Source: Clostridia bacterium (GTDB lineage Bacteria > Bacillota > Clostridia > UBA1381 > UMGS1253). Taken from it: a stretch of 64,000 nt of DNA. The first letter of the stretch is position 1. Every line of letters begins with the position of its first letter. The stretch is from assembly GCA_045546315.1 (NCBI GenBank), contig JAZQCN010000036.1:33574-97573 (forward strand), in the 5' to 3' direction. Shown here one piece after another: positions 25,958 through 36,529 of this stretch. The translations under genes and the position numbers were made by a program. Below the pieces are notes generated by a model. It saw nothing but the letters and a program-made list of their open reading frames with translations, was not told the origin of the DNA and searched no databases.

Positions 25958-27025
25958 ATGCGCATTAACGAAGGCTATTTTAAAGAAAACTTTATTGTAG
26001 ACACAGAAAATATCGAATTTTACAACATTAAAACCACGGACGACATCCGCGTCTACGGCTTATACAATTACAAAAACGAGGCACAGTTTAAGCGTATGCC
26101 AACCGAGGTTGCAAAAGCCACAAGCGAGCAGGTTACCAAGCTGCACACGAACCCGACCGGCGGCAGAATCCGCTTTAAAACGAATTCCGAGCGCCTTGTC
26201 ATTCGCGTAAGCGTGCCGAATGTTTCCACCCGAAGCATTATCACGATGCTCAACCAGGCAGGCTTTGACCTTTATCAGACGGTAAACGGCAAGCAGGAAT
26301 ATTTCGGTTGCCTCTATCCGCCGATTGATTTAACCGACGGCTACACAAGAGAAGAAAAGCTCTTCCCCGGCGAAAAGGAGCTTACAATCAATATGCCGCT
26401 TTATAACGATGTAAGCGATGTGTGGATTGGACTTGAAAAGGGCGCAAGCCTTCTGCCGGCAGACGATTATAAATACGAAAAGCCGGTTTTCTTCTACGGC
26501 TCCTCCATCACACACGGCGCAAGCGTATCCCGCCCGGGACAAACCTATGAAGCGATGCTTTCGCGCCGCTTTAACACAAACTTTATCAATCTGGGCTTTG
26601 CCAGCGGCGCAAAGGCAGAAGATGCCATTATCGAGTATATGGTAGCGCAGGACTACTCTATCTTTGTGTCCGACTACGACCACAATGCCCCAAGCGCGGA
26701 GCATTTAGAAGCAACGCACGAAAAGCTTTATAAGGCAATACGCGCCAAGCATCCGGATGTGCCATATATTATGCTTACCAAGCCGATTCTGCATTATAAA
26801 TTAGACAACGAAGAAAACGACCGTCGCAGAAAAATCATTTATACAACCTACCAAAACGCGATTGCAAGCGGCGATAAGAATGTATACTTTATCGACGGCA
26901 AGGAAATTTTTAAAGACATCCCGACCGGCGATTGCAGTGCCGACAGCGTGCACCCGAATGATTTGGGTATGCACATTATGGCGAATGCAATTGCAGAGGT
27001 TATTGAGAAGAATCATTTATTATAA
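25958..27025 (+). CDS. SGNH/GDSL-family hydrolase (probable carbohydrate esterase) with an N-terminal beta-sandwich domain
   Basis: Block I FFYGSSITHGAS and block V ..DSVHPNDLGMHIMANAI. Confidence 0.7.
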   Translation: MRINEGYFKENFIVDTENIEFYNIKTTDDIRVYGLYNYKNEAQFKRMPTEVAKATSEQVTKLHTNPTGGRIRFKTNSERLVIRVSVPNVSTRSIITMLNQAGFDLYQTVNGKQEYFGCLYPPIDLTDGYTREEKLFPGEKELTINMPLYNDVSDVWIGLEKGASLLPADDYKYEKPVFFYGSSITHGASVSRPGQTYEAMLSRRFNTNFINLGFASGAKAEDAIIEYMVAQDYSIFVSDYDHNAPSAEHLEATHEKLYKAIRAKHPDVPYIMLTKPILHYKLDNEENDRRRKIIYTTYQNAIASGDKNVYFIDGKEIFKDIPTGDCSADSVHPNDLGMHIMANAIAEVIEKNHLL

Positions 27026-27028
27026 TAC

Positions 27029-27061
27029 AAAAAAGCTTTCGGAAATTCCGAAAGCTTTTTT
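27029..27061. terminator. Bidirectional terminator
   Basis: AAAAAAGCTTTCGGAA-ATTCCGAAAGCTTTTTT. Confidence 0.75.
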
Positions 27062-27064
27062 GTA

Positions 27065-27718
27065 TTATAACTTGCTTCTTGCCTCTTTGACTCTGTCCAA
27101 ATGTAGTTTTGCAAGCCTTTCAATTTCATCATAATTCTCCGCTTCTATCAGCTCCGGCTTCAAAATCGAAATGCCTGTGCCGACGCCGACTGCACCTGCG
27201 GTGATAAACGCCTCAATGGTATCCTCATTCGTACCGCCCGTACAAAGGAACGGTATGTGCGACAGCGGTCGCGCAATATTTTTGATATAGCCGATTTCAT
27301 TTACCGTAATCGGGAACAGCTTGACAATATCCGCACCGGCGTTGTATGCCGTTGTCATTTCCGTCGGTGTATACGCACCCGGAATGGAAAGCATACCGAG
27401 CTTTTTCGTTTCTTTGATAATTTCCACATTCGTGTCCGGCGCATAGACAAACTTTGCACCGGCATCGTATGCCGCCTGCACATATTCTTTTTTTACCACC
27501 GTACCTGCGCCGATAAATGCATCGTCACCCACACTTTCGTACGCGCGACGAATGAGCGCCTGCGTCGTTTCGATTGTATTTTCATCGCTCGGATTAAATG
27601 CAACCTCCATCACGCGCACGCCCGCGCGGTAAAGCGCCCTGCACACCGGCGCCATTTTCCCCAGCGGCACACCGCGGAAAATCACTACCAATCCCTGCTC
27701 TAAAATCGGATTACTCAT
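27065..27718 (-). CDS. eda: KDPG / 4-hydroxy-2-oxoglutarate aldolase family (class I aldolase)
   Basis: Start set at ATG 27718 (MSNPILEQGLVVIFRG..). Motifs ..MEVAFN.., GAGTV.., FVYAP.. and GADIVKLFP (Schiff-base Lys context). It overlaps the upstream stop by 8 nt. Confidence 0.75.
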   Translation of the reverse strand: MSNPILEQGLVVIFRGVPLGKMAPVCRALYRAGVRVMEVAFNPSDENTIETTQALIRRAYESVGDDAFIGAGTVVKKEYVQAAYDAGAKFVYAPDTNVEIIKETKKLGMLSIPGAYTPTEMTTAYNAGADIVKLFPITVNEIGYIKNIARPLSHIPFLCTGGTNEDTIEAFITAGAVGVGTGISILKPELIEAENYDEIERLAKLHLDRVKEARSKL

Positions 27719-28901
27719 AAATTTTGTCCTCCAATCCCTTGAAGTAGTATATCGTGTCATCCTTCGGGCGAATATCCGTTACCGTGCCAGTATAGTGGCG
27801 CAGGTTTCTCGGCGTATACGGACGCGCGAGCACCTCGTCGATGTTGACATCAATACCGAGACCCGGCTTGTCCGGAATCAGAATATAACCGTCGTCAAAA
27901 ACAACCTCTTCGTTTGTAATCTTCTTTCTGAAGCTGCCATCCGTCAGCATAATCTCATGAATTACAAAATTCGGCACTGTTGCAGCAAGCTGCAGAATTG
28001 CCGCATTGGAAATCGGGCCGCTCGGATTGTGGAAGGAAACCATCAAATGCTTCGCCTCCGCCATCGCGGCAATCTTTTTACCCTCCATCAGACCACCGGT
28101 ATGGAATACATCCGGCTGCACATAGTCTACGGCATCGAGCTCAAACATTTCCTGGAACGCGTACTTTGTATACCCTCTCTCTCCTGCAGAAATCGGGATA
28201 TTGGAGTGTGCGCGCACATACGCGGTCGAGCGCATATTGTCCGGCACGCACGGCTCTTCCATCAGCATCGGCTTAAACTGCTCCAGCTCTCTGGAAATTT
28301 CAATCGCCGTTGTCGGATTGAAGCGACCGTGACACTCGATGAGCAAATCCACCTTGTCGCCAACGGCTTCACGCACTGCACCGACAATGTTTACGCTCTT
28401 TTCTAACTGCTCACGGCTGATGGTCATATGTGCCGCGCCGAATGGGTCCCACTTGAGCGCCTTTACGCCCAGATCCACCGTGCGCTTTGCCTTTGCGGCA
28501 AATTCCTCCGGCGTTCTTGCACCGACAAACCAAGCATTGGCATACATTTTTACCTTGTCGCGCATCTTGCCGCCGAACAGATTGTAGGTCGGCGTGTTAA
28601 AATACTTGCCGGCAATATCCCATAACGCGATTTCGATGCCGCTGATGGCGCTCATCAGCACCGGACCGCCCTTCCAGTAAATATCGCGGTACACTTCAAA
28701 GCACATTTTTTCAATCTCAAGCGGATTTCTGCCGACCACAAGGCGCTTTAAATCCGCAACCATACCTTCTAATGCATTTTCATTCGTGCCGAGTGACGCT
28801 TCGCCCCAACCATAGAGACCTTCATCAGTTTCGACCTTGATAAATGCCCAGTTTGTTCTGAAGGCATCTAAAGTATAAATTTTAATATCCGAAATTTTCA
28901 T
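27711..28901 (-). CDS. Enolase-superfamily sugar-acid dehydratase (galactonate/mannonate dehydratase-like)
   Basis: MKISDIKIYTLD..FIKVETDEGLYGWGEASLG.. The mandelate racemase/muconate-lactonising enzyme architecture spans 396 aa. Confidence 0.7.
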   Translation of the reverse strand: MKISDIKIYTLDAFRTNWAFIKVETDEGLYGWGEASLGTNENALEGMVADLKRLVVGRNPLEIEKMCFEVYRDIYWKGGPVLMSAISGIEIALWDIAGKYFNTPTYNLFGGKMRDKVKMYANAWFVGARTPEEFAAKAKRTVDLGVKALKWDPFGAAHMTISREQLEKSVNIVGAVREAVGDKVDLLIECHGRFNPTTAIEISRELEQFKPMLMEEPCVPDNMRSTAYVRAHSNIPISAGERGYTKYAFQEMFELDAVDYVQPDVFHTGGLMEGKKIAAMAEAKHLMVSFHNPSGPISNAAILQLAATVPNFVIHEIMLTDGSFRKKITNEEVVFDDGYILIPDKPGLGIDVNIDEVLARPYTPRNLRHYTGTVTDIRPKDDTIYYFKGLEDKIYE

Positions 28902-29662
28902 TTGTTTTCCCCTCCGTTATATGGCAGTAAATTCAAAAGCACACCCGAATCAATCGTAATCTCCGCACCGGTTACGGTCTTAGACAATGGCGTACCAAGA
29001 TAAAACACGCCGTTTGCAATATCCTCGCCCGTGGACTCTACGCCGAGCGGCCAGTTTTTGCGTTTTTGGGCAATTTCCTCTTCCGTCAAATCGTCCCAAC
29101 GCTCCGTCCGGATTGCACCGGCAAGTATGGTGTTGACGCGGATGTTTAAATGCGCAAGCTCCAATGCCGCCGCGCTTGCAAGCGCATTGATGCCCGCCTT
29201 CGAGGTCGAGTACAGGCTGCGGTTTGCAGGCTTTTTCGAATGGACAGAGCTGATGAACACCATCGCACCGCCGCCGTTTTCTTTCATCAGAAGTGCCGCC
29301 TGCTGACAGCAAAAGTAATTTCCCTTTAAATTGACATCCATCAAAGCATCAAACTCTTCCTCCGTTGCCGTCAAAAGCTTGTTGCCGACGCCTAAATGCG
29401 CACTGTTTGCAACAAAGGTATCGAGCCTGCAGAAGTCTGCTTTGATTTTTTTAAACACACGGCAAATGTCCGAAACGCTCGTCAAATCCAAGCCGTAGCC
29501 TTTTGACTCTACGCCGTATTTTTCTTTAAGTCTCTGCGCTGCCGCTTGCGCATCCTCTTCCTTACGCGACGAAATTGCAATCGCATAACCGTTCTCGGCA
29601 AATTTCTCCGCAATGGCATACCCGGTATTCTTCGTTGCGCCCGTTATAAAACAAACCGGCAT
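28898..29662 (-). CDS. Short-chain dehydrogenase/reductase (SDR)
   Basis: ITGATKNTGYAIA (cofactor loop) and YSTSKAGINAL (YxxxK). It overlaps the dehydratase gene by 4 nt. Confidence 0.8.
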   Translation of the reverse strand: MPVCFITGATKNTGYAIAEKFAENGYAIAISSRKEEDAQAAAQRLKEKYGVESKGYGLDLTSVSDICRVFKKIKADFCRLDTFVANSAHLGVGNKLLTATEEEFDALMDVNLKGNYFCCQQAALLMKENGGGAMVFISSVHSKKPANRSLYSTSKAGINALASAAALELAHLNIRVNTILAGAIRTERWDDLTEEEIAQKRKNWPLGVESTGEDIANGVFYLGTPLSKTVTGAEITIDSGVLLNLLPYNGGENK

Positions 29663-29769
29663 ATTCTATCACGCCTTTCTTTCCATTTGCTTTCTGTCTT
29701 CATTATAAATTTATCTCAAAGGCAAAACAATGCAAAATGCGCCCCTGAAATTTAGGAAATCCGCGCATC

Positions 29770-29795
29770 AAAAAAAGCATCCGTAAGGATGCTTT
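29770..29795 (-). terminator. Terminator after the AraC gene (upstream of the SDR operon)
   Basis: Minus strand reads GCATCC-TTAC-GGATGC followed by TTTTTTT. Confidence 0.6.
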
Positions 29796-29797
29796 TC

Positions 29798-30571
29798 TCA
29801 CAACAGATTCATATATTTTTTCGGTGAAATCCCGATTTCCTTTTTAAACAGCTGGCTGAAGGTATACACATCGTTAAAGCCGAGCGCATCTGCCGTTTCG
29901 CTCACATTCATTCCCGTGCTCCTGAGCAGCTTGCACGCCGCCTGCATCAAAACCCTGTTTTTATACTGAATCGGCGACATGCCGAGATGCTTTATAAACA
30001 GCCGGCGCAGATGCGACTGACTGATACCGCAAAGCTTGGCAAGGTCTTCTACATAGATTTTGCTTTGCAGATGCGACTCGATGTATTGCACGGCAGGCAC
30101 AATACCTTCATATACGCCTGACACGCTTGCCGCACGCATCCCCTCGCAAAACAGACCGATAATCCGATATAAATTGCTGACGGCAAGCCACTTATCCTGT
30201 GTGCTCGTGCGCTCCATTTCCTCTAAAAGCGTATAAATCTCCGCTGCCTTTTCCCTGAACATGACCGGTGCATCAGAGAAAACAACCGTTTTACCGTCTT
30301 CACTTAAATCAAACTCCACCTGAATACCAAGAGTCTGCTCGGACACAACATTGTAGGTATATTGTGCGCCTTTGGGCAGATACACTGCCTCCCCCGCCTC
30401 CAGATAGACCTTCTCGTTTTCCACCTCATAGAGATAGCGCCCCTCAATCAGATACAAAATTGAGGAGCTTGCGCGGCTCAAAATCTGCTTGCGAAAGATT
30501 TTGGGCCGGTATTTAAATACAAAAAAATTTTCAAGTGCCGTCTGTGTGGCATAGTTTTGTAAACGCGGCAT
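29798..30571 (-). CDS. AraC-family transcriptional regulator
   Basis: Cupin-like N-domain and a C-terminal HTH ..SQSHLRRLFIKHLGMSPIQYKNRVLMQAACKLLRSTGMNVSETADALGFNDVYTFSQLFKK. Confidence 0.8.
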   Translation of the reverse strand: MPRLQNYATQTALENFFVFKYRPKIFRKQILSRASSSILYLIEGRYLYEVENEKVYLEAGEAVYLPKGAQYTYNVVSEQTLGIQVEFDLSEDGKTVVFSDAPVMFREKAAEIYTLLEEMERTSTQDKWLAVSNLYRIIGLFCEGMRAASVSGVYEGIVPAVQYIESHLQSKIYVEDLAKLCGISQSHLRRLFIKHLGMSPIQYKNRVLMQAACKLLRSTGMNVSETADALGFNDVYTFSQLFKKEIGISPKKYMNLL

Positions 30572-30728
30572 ACTGCATCACCCGATTTCATTCTATCGTA
30601 TTTGTAAAAATTGTCAAGCAAATTCAAGTAAAAATGAGCGAATCCATTAAAAAATGATTGAATTTTAAATGGTAATATATTCTCTTTTTCCCTATAATGA
30701 AGGCAAATCCATAAAAGAAGGTGCTTTT

Positions 30729-32102
30729 ATGCAGAAAATCGGAAAACTTAAAACCTACACTTCTAAAGAAATTGAAAGCTCCTGTGTCAGCATCGGCTTT
30801 GAGTGCCTGGACCGCGAGCTGTTTGATGCAAATAAATGCTATGACCCGCTCGCCAAAACCGGCGTAAAGCACGCGCGCGTGCAGACCGGCTGGACAAAAT
30901 GCGAAAAGGAAAAGGGCGTCTATGATTTTGCCTGGCTCGACGATGTGGTAGACAATCTGCTTTCTCGCGGAATTCTCCCTTGGTTCAATGTCGGCTACGG
31001 CAATCCTGTGTATATGCCGGATGTGCCAAACCCGACGGCGGTCGGCTGTGTACCGCTCTACTACGGTGACGAATGCTTAAACGCCTGGAAAAGCTTTGTC
31101 CGCGCCTTAACCGAGCATTACAAGGATCGCGTTTCGCACTATGAAATCTGGAACGAGGCAGACGGCAAAAGCTTTTGGTATCCGTCTACGGCAAATCCGG
31201 AGGAATATGCGCGTCTCGTGAACCTGACCGCCGAGGTCATTTTATCGGTGTACCCCGATGCGAAAATCGGCGCGAATGTCTCCGCGCCGTACTATTTTGA
31301 TTATACCGACCGATTTTATACAAGCGTAGAGAAAGACAAGCTCCACTTTTTTGCCTACCACGCCTATTCTGCTATGCCGGAATACCGCTTCAAAGGTTTA
31401 ATCCATCATCACCGCAAAAGTCTTGATGCAAACGGCCTTGCCCATGTCGATTTATGGCAGGGCGAGGGTGGCTATCCGTCCTGGGCATATGAGGGGCACT
31501 GGCTCGTGAAAGCCGGCTGCGACGATGAGCGCGGACAGGCCATGTTCCAGCTGCGCCGCTACTTTTTAGACATCTGCTATGGTGCAAAGCGAAGCTCGTT
31601 TTTCCAGATGGCGGATATGTGGGAAAAGCCGTACGCCAAGGCGGTGCAGGTCTTAAAAAAGCCGGCTGCACACGGCATCTTAAACGGTCTTACCTATACA
31701 CCGAAAGAGTCGTATACCACCATCACACATCTTTCGACCATCTTCTCAGGTGAAATTGCTGCAACCGATGCATATATGCATATAAACACAACCGCACCGT
31801 CTCCAACGGAAACGCTTGCGTGTCAAATGCTGACCTACAGCCGAAACGGCAAGCCGGTCTATACCTACTACCTGCCGACCGACCTTGCCAAAAACGAAGA
31901 AATTCCGTATACAGCGGATGTGTGCATCCACGGCGCGCTCCAAGATGCTGTGTTAATTGACCCGTACACCGGCGAGGTATTCGCTCTCGATGCCCCCATA
32001 CCGGACAGCCCGTACGACCCGGGCATTGTGGCATATAAAAACTTACCGCTCAAGGATTATCCTCTGATGGTAACGGAAAGAGATACATACGAAATTATAT
32101 AA
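30729..32102 (+). CDS. Clan GH-A TIM-barrel glycoside hydrolase, GH39-like
   Basis: Start set at ATG 30729 (MQKIGKLK..) with RBS AAGAAGGTG. Motifs YDFAWLDDVVDNLLSRGILPWFNVGYGNP, HYEIWNEADG (acid/base NE) and FFAYHAYS parallel the GH39 layout. Confidence 0.55.
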   Translation: MQKIGKLKTYTSKEIESSCVSIGFECLDRELFDANKCYDPLAKTGVKHARVQTGWTKCEKEKGVYDFAWLDDVVDNLLSRGILPWFNVGYGNPVYMPDVPNPTAVGCVPLYYGDECLNAWKSFVRALTEHYKDRVSHYEIWNEADGKSFWYPSTANPEEYARLVNLTAEVILSVYPDAKIGANVSAPYYFDYTDRFYTSVEKDKLHFFAYHAYSAMPEYRFKGLIHHHRKSLDANGLAHVDLWQGEGGYPSWAYEGHWLVKAGCDDERGQAMFQLRRYFLDICYGAKRSSFFQMADMWEKPYAKAVQVLKKPAAHGILNGLTYTPKESYTTITHLSTIFSGEIAATDAYMHINTTAPSPTETLACQMLTYSRNGKPVYTYYLPTDLAKNEEIPYTADVCIHGALQDAVLIDPYTGEVFALDAPIPDSPYDPGIVAYKNLPLKDYPLMVTERDTYEII

Positions 32103-32104
32103 TC

Positions 32105-32138
32105 AAAAAAGAAGGCAACCACGGTTGCCTTCTTTTTT
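32105..32138. terminator. Bidirectional terminator
   Basis: AAAAAAGAAGGCAACC-ACGGTTGCCTTCTTTTTT. Confidence 0.75.
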
Positions 32139-32143
32139 GATTA

Positions 32144-34615
32144 TTACTTCTTTACAACATCCAAATTACCGTCTTTAAAATCGACCACAATGCTGTCGCC
32201 CGCGCCGATGTCGGCATCGAGCATCTTTTCCGCCAGTGCATCCTCAATCTTTGTCTGGATCGCACGGCGAAGCGGACGCGCACCGTAAACCGGATCAAAG
32301 CCTTCCTTTGCGACCATCGAAACAACCGCATCGGTAAACTCTGCCGTAATTTCGTTTTTGGCAAGGCGTGCCGTGAGCGACTGAAGCATCAGCTTTGCAA
32401 TTTCGCCGATTTCCGTTTCCGTGAGCGGATGGAACACAATCGTATCATCGATACGGTTTAAAAATTCCGGGCGGAAATGGTTTTTAAGCTCGCCGAGCAC
32501 ATCCGATTTAATCTTTTCGTAGGTGCGCGCTTCCTTGTCCTCCGCAGCCGAGGCAAAGCCGAGCTTTGTGCTCTTTTCTGCGGTAATCAGTCTTGCGCCG
32601 ATATTCGAGGTCATGATAATCACTGTGTTTCGAAAATCCACGCGTCTGCCCTGCGAGTCGGTTAAAATACCGTCCTCCAAAATTTGCAGAAGGATGTTAA
32701 ACACATCCGGGTGCGCCTTTTCGATTTCATCAAAGAGCACCACGCTGTACGGCTTCCTGCGGATTTTCTCCGTCAGCTGTCCCGCATCGTCGTAGCCGAC
32801 ATAGCCCGGAGGCGGGCCGACCAGGCGCGATACCGAATGCTTTTCCATATACTCGGACATATCGATGCGAATCATATCGTCCTCCGAGCCGAACATCGTT
32901 TCTGCAAGCGCCTTGGAAAGCTCCGTTTTGCCGACACCGGTCGGACCAAGGAAGATAAACGAGCCAATCGGCCGCTTCGGGTCTTTGAGGCCCACTCTGC
33001 CGCGGCGGATTGCCTTCGAAACCGCGCGCACAGCTTCGTCTTGTCCAATCACGCGCGCGTGCAGGCTGTCCTCTAACTGCAGAAGCTTTTGCGACTCATC
33101 CGTGCTTAGGCGTGCAACCGGGATATTCGTCCACTGCGCCACAATCTGCGCAATCTGTTCTTCGTCGACGCACATTTTCTGCGTGGATTTTACATCGTCC
33201 CACTTGGCTTTTTCCGCATCCAGCTGCTCTTTCAACTTGTTTTCTTCATCGCGGAGCGTTGCCGCACGCTCAAAATCCTGCACGGCAATCGCAGATTCCT
33301 TTTCCTTTATAATTTCAGCATATTTTTCTTCCAATTCCTTTAATTCCGGCGGTGCGGTCAGCTTGCCGAGACGCACTCTCGATGCCGCCTCGTCGACTAA
33401 GTCAATCGCCTTATCCGGCAGGAAGCGGTCAGTAATATAGCGTGCAGACAGCTCCACAGCCGCTTTGAGTGCCGCATCCGTAATCTTTACGCCGTGGTGC
33501 GCTTCGTATTTATCGCGGATACCGGTTAAAATCAAGATGCTTTCTGCCTCCGTCGGCTCACCGACGGTAATCGGCTGGAAGCGGCGCTCAAGCGCAGAAT
33601 CCTTTTCGATATGCTTTCTGTATTCCGTAAGCGTTGTTGCGCCGATGACCTGAATCTCGCCGCGCGCAAGCGACGGCTTTAAAATATTTGCCGCATCAAT
33701 TGCACCCTCGGCGGCACCGGCACCGATGATGGTATGCATTTCATCGATAAATAAAATCACATTGCCTGCCTTTACAACCTCATCCATTGCCGCCTTGAGT
33801 CTTTCTTCAAACTCACCGCGATATTTCGCACCGGCAATCATCGAGGACAAATCGAGTGTAAACAAGCGCTTATCCGTAAGAACCTCCGGCACATCGCCTG
33901 CAACGATTTTCTGTGCAAGCCCCTCTGCCACTGCCGTTTTGCCGACACCCGGCTCGCCGATTAGGCAGGGATTATTCTTCGTGTGGCGCGACAAAATCTG
34001 AATGACGCGCTCGATTTCCTTATCTCTGCCGATGACCGGGTCAAACTTGCCGTCGCGCGCCATCTGTGTAAAATCGCGGCCAAACTGGTCGAGCGTAGGC
34101 GTTTTGGTCTGTGGCTTTGCGCCGCTCGCCGCACCTTCTGCATTGCCGCCACTCGGATTACCTGCTGCCGAATAGCCGGATACCGATGCGGCAATCTCGG
34201 CATAAAAGCCCTGCAGCTCCACGCCGCACTCCGATAAAATCTTGAGCGCTACGCTTTCGCCGCTGCGCAGAAGTGCAAGCAAAATATGCTCCGTACCGAT
34301 AAAGCCGTGCCCGAGCTTGCGCGCCTCTGCCAGGCTCAATTCAATCACGCGCTTCGTGCGCGGTGTCATCACAAGCTGCGCGCCCTCGCTGAGCGCTTCG
34401 CCGCGCCCGGTTAAGGCAATAATCTTTTCCTGTACAACCGCCTGCGTAACGCCCTTCGCCGCCAAAAGCTGCGCCGCAACTGCTGTGGTTTCCGTCGTCA
34501 GTCCGGCTAAAATATGCTCCGTGCCGATATAGTTATGTCCGAGCGCGCAGGCACAGGCGTGTGCCCCACGCAAGGCGTTTTGTGCTTTTTGTGTAAATCT
34601 GTTATCGAAAGTCAT
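32144..34615 (-). CDS. clpC: ATP-dependent Clp protease ATP-binding subunit ClpC
   Basis: 823 aa with Clp_N repeats (..[14 protein letters not shown].. / ..[14 protein letters not shown]..), two AAA+ modules ([16 protein letters not shown]) and a UVR-type linker ([11 protein letters not shown]). Confidence 0.95.
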   Translation of the reverse strand: MTFDNRFTQKAQNALRGAHACACALGHNYIGTEHILAGLTTETTAVAAQLLAAKGVTQAVVQEKIIALTGRGEALSEGAQLVMTPRTKRVIELSLAEARKLGHGFIGTEHILLALLRSGESVALKILSECGVELQGFYAEIAASVSGYSAAGNPSGGNAEGAASGAKPQTKTPTLDQFGRDFTQMARDGKFDPVIGRDKEIERVIQILSRHTKNNPCLIGEPGVGKTAVAEGLAQKIVAGDVPEVLTDKRLFTLDLSSMIAGAKYRGEFEERLKAAMDEVVKAGNVILFIDEMHTIIGAGAAEGAIDAANILKPSLARGEIQVIGATTLTEYRKHIEKDSALERRFQPITVGEPTEAESILILTGIRDKYEAHHGVKITDAALKAAVELSARYITDRFLPDKAIDLVDEAASRVRLGKLTAPPELKELEEKYAEIIKEKESAIAVQDFERAATLRDEENKLKEQLDAEKAKWDDVKSTQKMCVDEEQIAQIVAQWTNIPVARLSTDESQKLLQLEDSLHARVIGQDEAVRAVSKAIRRGRVGLKDPKRPIGSFIFLGPTGVGKTELSKALAETMFGSEDDMIRIDMSEYMEKHSVSRLVGPPPGYVGYDDAGQLTEKIRRKPYSVVLFDEIEKAHPDVFNILLQILEDGILTDSQGRRVDFRNTVIIMTSNIGARLITAEKSTKLGFASAAEDKEARTYEKIKSDVLGELKNHFRPEFLNRIDDTIVFHPLTETEIGEIAKLMLQSLTARLAKNEITAEFTDAVVSMVAKEGFDPVYGARPLRRAIQTKIEDALAEKMLDADIGAGDSIVVDFKDGNLDVVKK

Positions 34616-34630
34616 TTACAACCTCTCCTT

Positions 34631-35638
34631 TCAGATGCTTTCCCGAATATGCGCCGCGCGCTTTTCATCGCGCGCCTCCGGCGACAGCGCCTCGCCCTCC
34701 GCGAGCGCAATATGGTGCGGCTCGCTTTCAATCATCAGCTGTGTAAGCCTTTGCGCATCTCCATCCTCTATTATACCCAGGTCTGCGCCGAGTTTAACAT
34801 ACGACAGCAATTTTTGCGCCTCCTCGGAGGAAATTTTTCTTGCATACTTTAAAGTACCGAGTGCGCGGTAGACGCGGTCTGCCATCGAAAGCTTGTCGCT
34901 TTCGTAGAGTCTTTGGCGCATATCTCTTTCCATTTTAATAATCTGCTTAACAATGTCTGTCAGCTTTTCAAGCGTTTGCTGCTCGCTCAAGCCGAGCGTA
35001 ATCTGATTTGAAAGCTGATACAAATCGCCGCGCGACTGGCTGCCCTCGCCGTAAACGCCGCGAATCGTCAGCCCGAGCTTGCCGACCTGACCGATTAACG
35101 CGTTGATGCTGCCTGCCATACGCAGTGCCGGCAAATGCAGCATCACCGATGCGCGCATACCTGTGCCGACATTGGTCGGGCAGTGTGTCAGGTAGCCAAA
35201 CTTTTCATCGAAAGCATACTCCAAGACCTTGCCGAGTGCATCATCCAGCGCATCTGCTGCCGAAAACGCCTTCTCGAGCGCAAAGCCCGGCTCGATGGCC
35301 TGGATGCGAATATGGTCCTCTTCGCCGACCATCACCGCCGCCGTACCGCCTTCATTTAAAAACAGCGCCTTATTCTTGCCGCCGAGCATCTCGCGGCTGA
35401 TGATATGGTCTTCTACAAGCGCGGACTTATTCAGCTGCGGCGCATTGTCTAAATTCAAATACGAAAACCTTTGTTTGGTGGTGTCGAGCGCTTTTTTCAC
35501 GCTGTCCGTAATTTCCTTTGCCGCCGCATCGCTCCACTTTGGCGGGAACGGCACCTCGGCAGCATTACGCGCAAGGCGCACCCTTGTACTGATAACAACA
35601 TCGCATTCCTTGCCCTTTTCGTGATACCACATTTTCAT
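34631..35638 (-). CDS. mcsB: Protein arginine kinase McsB
   Basis: Start set at ATG 35638 (MKMWYHEKG..VVISTRVRLARN) with GGAGGTG upstream. Guanidino-kinase motif GYLTHCPTNVGTGMRASVMLHLPAL. Confidence 0.9.
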   Translation of the reverse strand: MKMWYHEKGKECDVVISTRVRLARNAAEVPFPPKWSDAAAKEITDSVKKALDTTKQRFSYLNLDNAPQLNKSALVEDHIISREMLGGKNKALFLNEGGTAAVMVGEEDHIRIQAIEPGFALEKAFSAADALDDALGKVLEYAFDEKFGYLTHCPTNVGTGMRASVMLHLPALRMAGSINALIGQVGKLGLTIRGVYGEGSQSRGDLYQLSNQITLGLSEQQTLEKLTDIVKQIIKMERDMRQRLYESDKLSMADRVYRALGTLKYARKISSEEAQKLLSYVKLGADLGIIEDGDAQRLTQLMIESEPHHIALAEGEALSPEARDEKRAAHIRESI

Positions 35639-35639
35639 A

Positions 35640-36020
35640 TCAGCCCACCTCCTTATCGCGCAGAGCCTTGATTTGGTCGCGCAGCACAGCTGCCTGCTCA
35701 AAGTCCTGCTTTGCAATCGCTTCCTGCAGCTGCGCATTCAGGCTTTCCAATTCCTTTTTCACCTTGATGCGCTCACCTGCATGCTCGGAAACCTTGCCGG
35801 TATGCTGTGTGTTGGAATGAATTTTTGCGAGCATATACTCAAACTGCGGTCGAAATACCGTGTAGCATTTCGAGCAGCCAGCCTTACCTGTTTGGGCAAC
35901 CTCGCTGAGGCGCGTTTTGCAAACCGGGCAGGCTTCATCGTTATACTGTGCCTTCGGCGTGCCGAACACCAGATGCAAATCCTTGCCGCCGAAAAAATCG
36001 TCAAACAAATCGTAGAACAT
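35640..36020 (-). CDS. mcsA: McsA-like activator of McsB (short form: one CxxC..CxxC pair plus a UVR motif)
   Basis: 126 aa with CPVCKTRLSEVAQTGKAGCSKCY and a C-terminal UVR-like EQAAVLRDQIKALR. It sits between ctsR and mcsB. Confidence 0.8.
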   Translation of the reverse strand: MFYDLFDDFFGGKDLHLVFGTPKAQYNDEACPVCKTRLSEVAQTGKAGCSKCYTVFRPQFEYMLAKIHSNTQHTGKVSEHAGERIKVKKELESLNAQLQEAIAKQDFEQAAVLRDQIKALRDKEVG

Positions 36021-36032
36021 ACCCTTTTCCTC

Positions 36033-36476
36033 CTATACAATACTAATCAGCATATTTTTAAATACAATTGCGCGGAGCTTATCACGCTCGGGCTGCTGAA
36101 TCGGCAGGCTTCGCTCGGAAGTCGCCGCACAAATGAGCTTACCCTCGCGCTCGTTTAAAATCCCGCTTTCTATCATATTGACAACCATCGCCTGCACGCT
36201 GGCGTAGCTGATGGCGTCCCCGATGGCATTAACCACATGCATCAAATAACCGGAGCCGCTCGGCGCAACGCGACGAATACGGATATAGCCGCCGCCCCCG
36301 CGCTGACTCTCCACCTCGTAGCCGCGCTGCCCGGTAAAGCGTGTGCCAATGACATAGTTAATCTGCGACGGTGCGCAGGAAAAGCGGCTTGCCAGCTCGT
36401 TTCTTTTCAAAACAATGTCTGCCTCATCCTGTAACATCTCCAAAAGAAACTGCTCTATAACATCACTCATTTTCAT
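36033..36476 (-). CDS. ctsR: Class III stress-gene repressor CtsR
   Basis: MKMSDVIEQFLLEMLQDE..LKRNELASRFSCAPSQINYVIGTRFT..GYEVESQRGGGGYIRI is the canonical CtsR sequence. It is the first gene of the ctsR-mcsA-mcsB-clpC operon. Confidence 0.92.
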   Translation of the reverse strand: MKMSDVIEQFLLEMLQDEADIVLKRNELASRFSCAPSQINYVIGTRFTGQRGYEVESQRGGGGYIRIRRVAPSGSGYLMHVVNAIGDAISYASVQAMVVNMIESGILNEREGKLICAATSERSLPIQQPERDKLRAIVFKNMLISIV

Positions 36477-36493
36477 ATCTCATCACCTCATTT

Positions 36494-36527
36494 TTTGACT
36501 TTGACTTTCTTTGACCTTTGTTTGACT
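36494..36527 (-). promoter_or_regulatory. CtsR operator array (four GTCAAA heptad cores)
   Basis: Minus strand reads AGTCAAA-CAA-AGGTCAAA-GAA-AGTCAAA-GTCAAAAAA. This matches the A/GGTCAAA-NAN-A/GGTCAAA consensus, immediately downstream of the -10 box. Confidence 0.85.
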
Positions 36528-36529
36528 AT

